From Pristiophorus japonicus (lineage: Eukaryota), in contig NC_091999.1 of NCBI RefSeq assembly GCF_044704955.1, positions 57,970,001-58,034,000 on the forward strand: a stretch of 64,000 nt of DNA, in the 5' to 3' direction. The notes under the pieces are model-generated. The model was not told the DNA's origin. It worked only from the letters and a program-made list of their open reading frames with translations, and made no database searches. Positions 62,300-64,000 of the stretch are shown here, piece after piece. Every line of letters starts with the position of its first letter. Position 1 is the first letter of the stretch. Both the position numbers and the translations under genes were made by a program.

Positions 62300-62822
62300 T
62301 ACCCTATTCAGAGTACTGAGCCCAATTCTGGGCTCCGCACCTGAGGAAGGATATACGTGGAGGTGCTAAACTGCAGGTTTACCCGAATTATACCGGGGCT
62401 AATAATGTAAAATGATCAGGTGGTGAGTATAGAACGTCAAGAGATGATACAATTGACGTGTTTAAGTTGATAAATGGAATTGTATCGATTAGTTATAGAA
62501 ACATTTATTTAGTTTGATGTGAGAGTCCACAACAAGTAGCAGAACCTTAACATTAGAGTTAGGCCGTGCAGAGGTGATGTCAGAAAGGATTTTCTCACAG
62601 GAAGAATAGTGCAAGTCGGGATTTCCCTCCCCAAAAGCTGCTGACACTTGCTTTCAATTGAAAAGTTGAAAACTGAAATTGATAGATTTTTGTTCGGCAA
62701 GGTTATCATGGGTTACATAACCAAGGCGTGAAGATGGTGTTGAGTGTTGATCAGCCATGATCTAACTAGATGGCGGGACAGAATGGATGGGCTGAATGGC
62801 CTTCTCCTATTCCTATGTTACT
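62300..62822 (+). mobile_element. Old CR1 3' fragment
   Basis: GAGTACTG..CAATTCTGGGCTCCGCAC and 3' UTR GATCAGCCATGATCT...GGGCTGAATGGCCT..TCCTATGTT. Confidence 0.78.
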
Positions 62823-63525
62823 ATTAATGCCCTGAGGTCATAGTGCTTTCTGAATCTCTCTCACCAGACATGATAAATGTTCAGTAATTACAGATATTAA
62901 CAAACTACCTCACATCATTACAAATGATGCCCCACCACAAAAGATTCCTTGCAACTCCATTCTCCGGAATTTGCACTTCTTCTCTGACGGGGGATGTGAC
63001 TGGTTCGTGCACATTTTCATCGCAACAAAAATAGCAGCAAAAGACTAGAAACTTAACTTTGTTTCCTGTTGTCCCATAAATCCTGAAATTAATTTGACAC
63101 TGGTTTTGAACAAGTATAATGCTAGTGTAGACCTCTTGAACTTGGGCTATTCGGGCTTCAGCTATTATAACCAGTGGAGATGCACTTGGGTGCAATAATC
63201 TATAGACGGGCGTAAAGGAGCAAAGGATTTCAGAAAGAGCGCTATTCAGTGCCTATCACAATTGCGTCCCAATGTATTGCCATTTTACGCCAGGTATTTG
63301 TTTCATAGCCCATTACAGGTGGCTCTGGCTCAAATACACAGGAAATATTACAGACCTCCCGGAATCGTTGCCAATTCATTGTCCTTCCATAACGACGGTG
63401 TTCAAGCAATAGCGAGAGGTTGATATCTCAAAAGTGAGAATTTCCCCTTGAAAGAGTTAAGGCTAATTATTGGTGTCCTGATTCTGAAGATGCGGCTTTT
63501 CCTGACTTTCATTCCTGTTTCGCAG

Positions 63526-63833
63526 TGGATGTCCCATGCAGCGATTAAAAATCACTCTTCGCCCACCGTAATTGGAACAGGTTTTACTGGAGGCAACGGT
63601 GACCTTAACGTTTGTCGTGTCTGACGCTCCTTATGGGCTCACCGTGACCTGGACCCGAAAAAACGAGACTTTGAAATCAGAGATTGCCGTCCAACCCAGA
63701 GAGGATCCCAACAGTGTGATCAGCAACTTAAACATCTCGACAAAAGACTGGCTGAGTGGGGATAAGTTCTACTGCGTGGTGAGCCATCAGGATATGCCGA
63801 TTCCTCTCAGAGATTCCAGCCACAAGGAAAAGG
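63526..63833 (+). pseudogene. IGHM: IgM CH3 exon (disrupted)
   Basis: [35 protein letters not shown]...[37 protein letters not shown], with acceptor CGCAG and donor G|GTGAG. It has a frameshift, a stop, and the first canonical Cys replaced by Phe. Confidence 0.92.
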
Positions 63834-64000
63834 GTGAGCGGGGAGATTGTTGCAATAAGTGAGAAACTGCGACAATTTCGATGCGTGTGCAAGGGCCAAT
63901 TGATTATATAAAGTGTTTAATGGCTACTCTGATCATTCAGGTTGGTAATTCCACCAACTCAGCACTCTGGGACCTGAGATTATGTATTTTGGGGGAAACT

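Noticed and set aside
60444-63833. IgW, IgNAR or TCR constant region
   Set aside because: CH1-CH3 motifs ([42 protein letters not shown]) match shark IgM.

Overview
Repeat-rich vertebrate DNA, almost certainly from a cartilaginous fish (shark-type IgM cluster, shark-type KRAB-less C2H2-ZNF and GPR139-like genes, CR1/L2 LINEs, Deu-type SINEs). Left to right: a 12-finger ZNF ORF (996-2006) with several broken paralogous ZNF modules; a 4.8-kb 41-bp minisatellite bracketed by two promoter-like islands, one with tandem YY1 and CCAAT arrays; a two-LTR endogenous retrovirus (11098-16410, CCCC target duplication, tRNA-Ser-type PBS) that has lost gag/pro/RT and keeps only decayed integrase and gamma-type env; nested CR1 LINEs, one with an intact 575-aa RT ORF; a GPR139-like pseudogene; inverted 27-bp satellite arrays; an assembly gap; and an IgM heavy-chain pseudogene cluster (leader, V, J, CH1-CH3, running off the window). 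The most notable observation is that this IgM cluster looks partly pre-rearranged in a VD-DJ state, leaving a single 22-RSS/12-RSS pair. I do not see a clearly new biological system. The best leads are the VD-DJ IgM cluster, the integrase+env-only ERV with a candidate spliced micro-ORF overlapping the env start, and the YY1/CCAAT arrays next to the G-rich minisatellite. All alignments and family calls were made by eye or from memory, with no database search.
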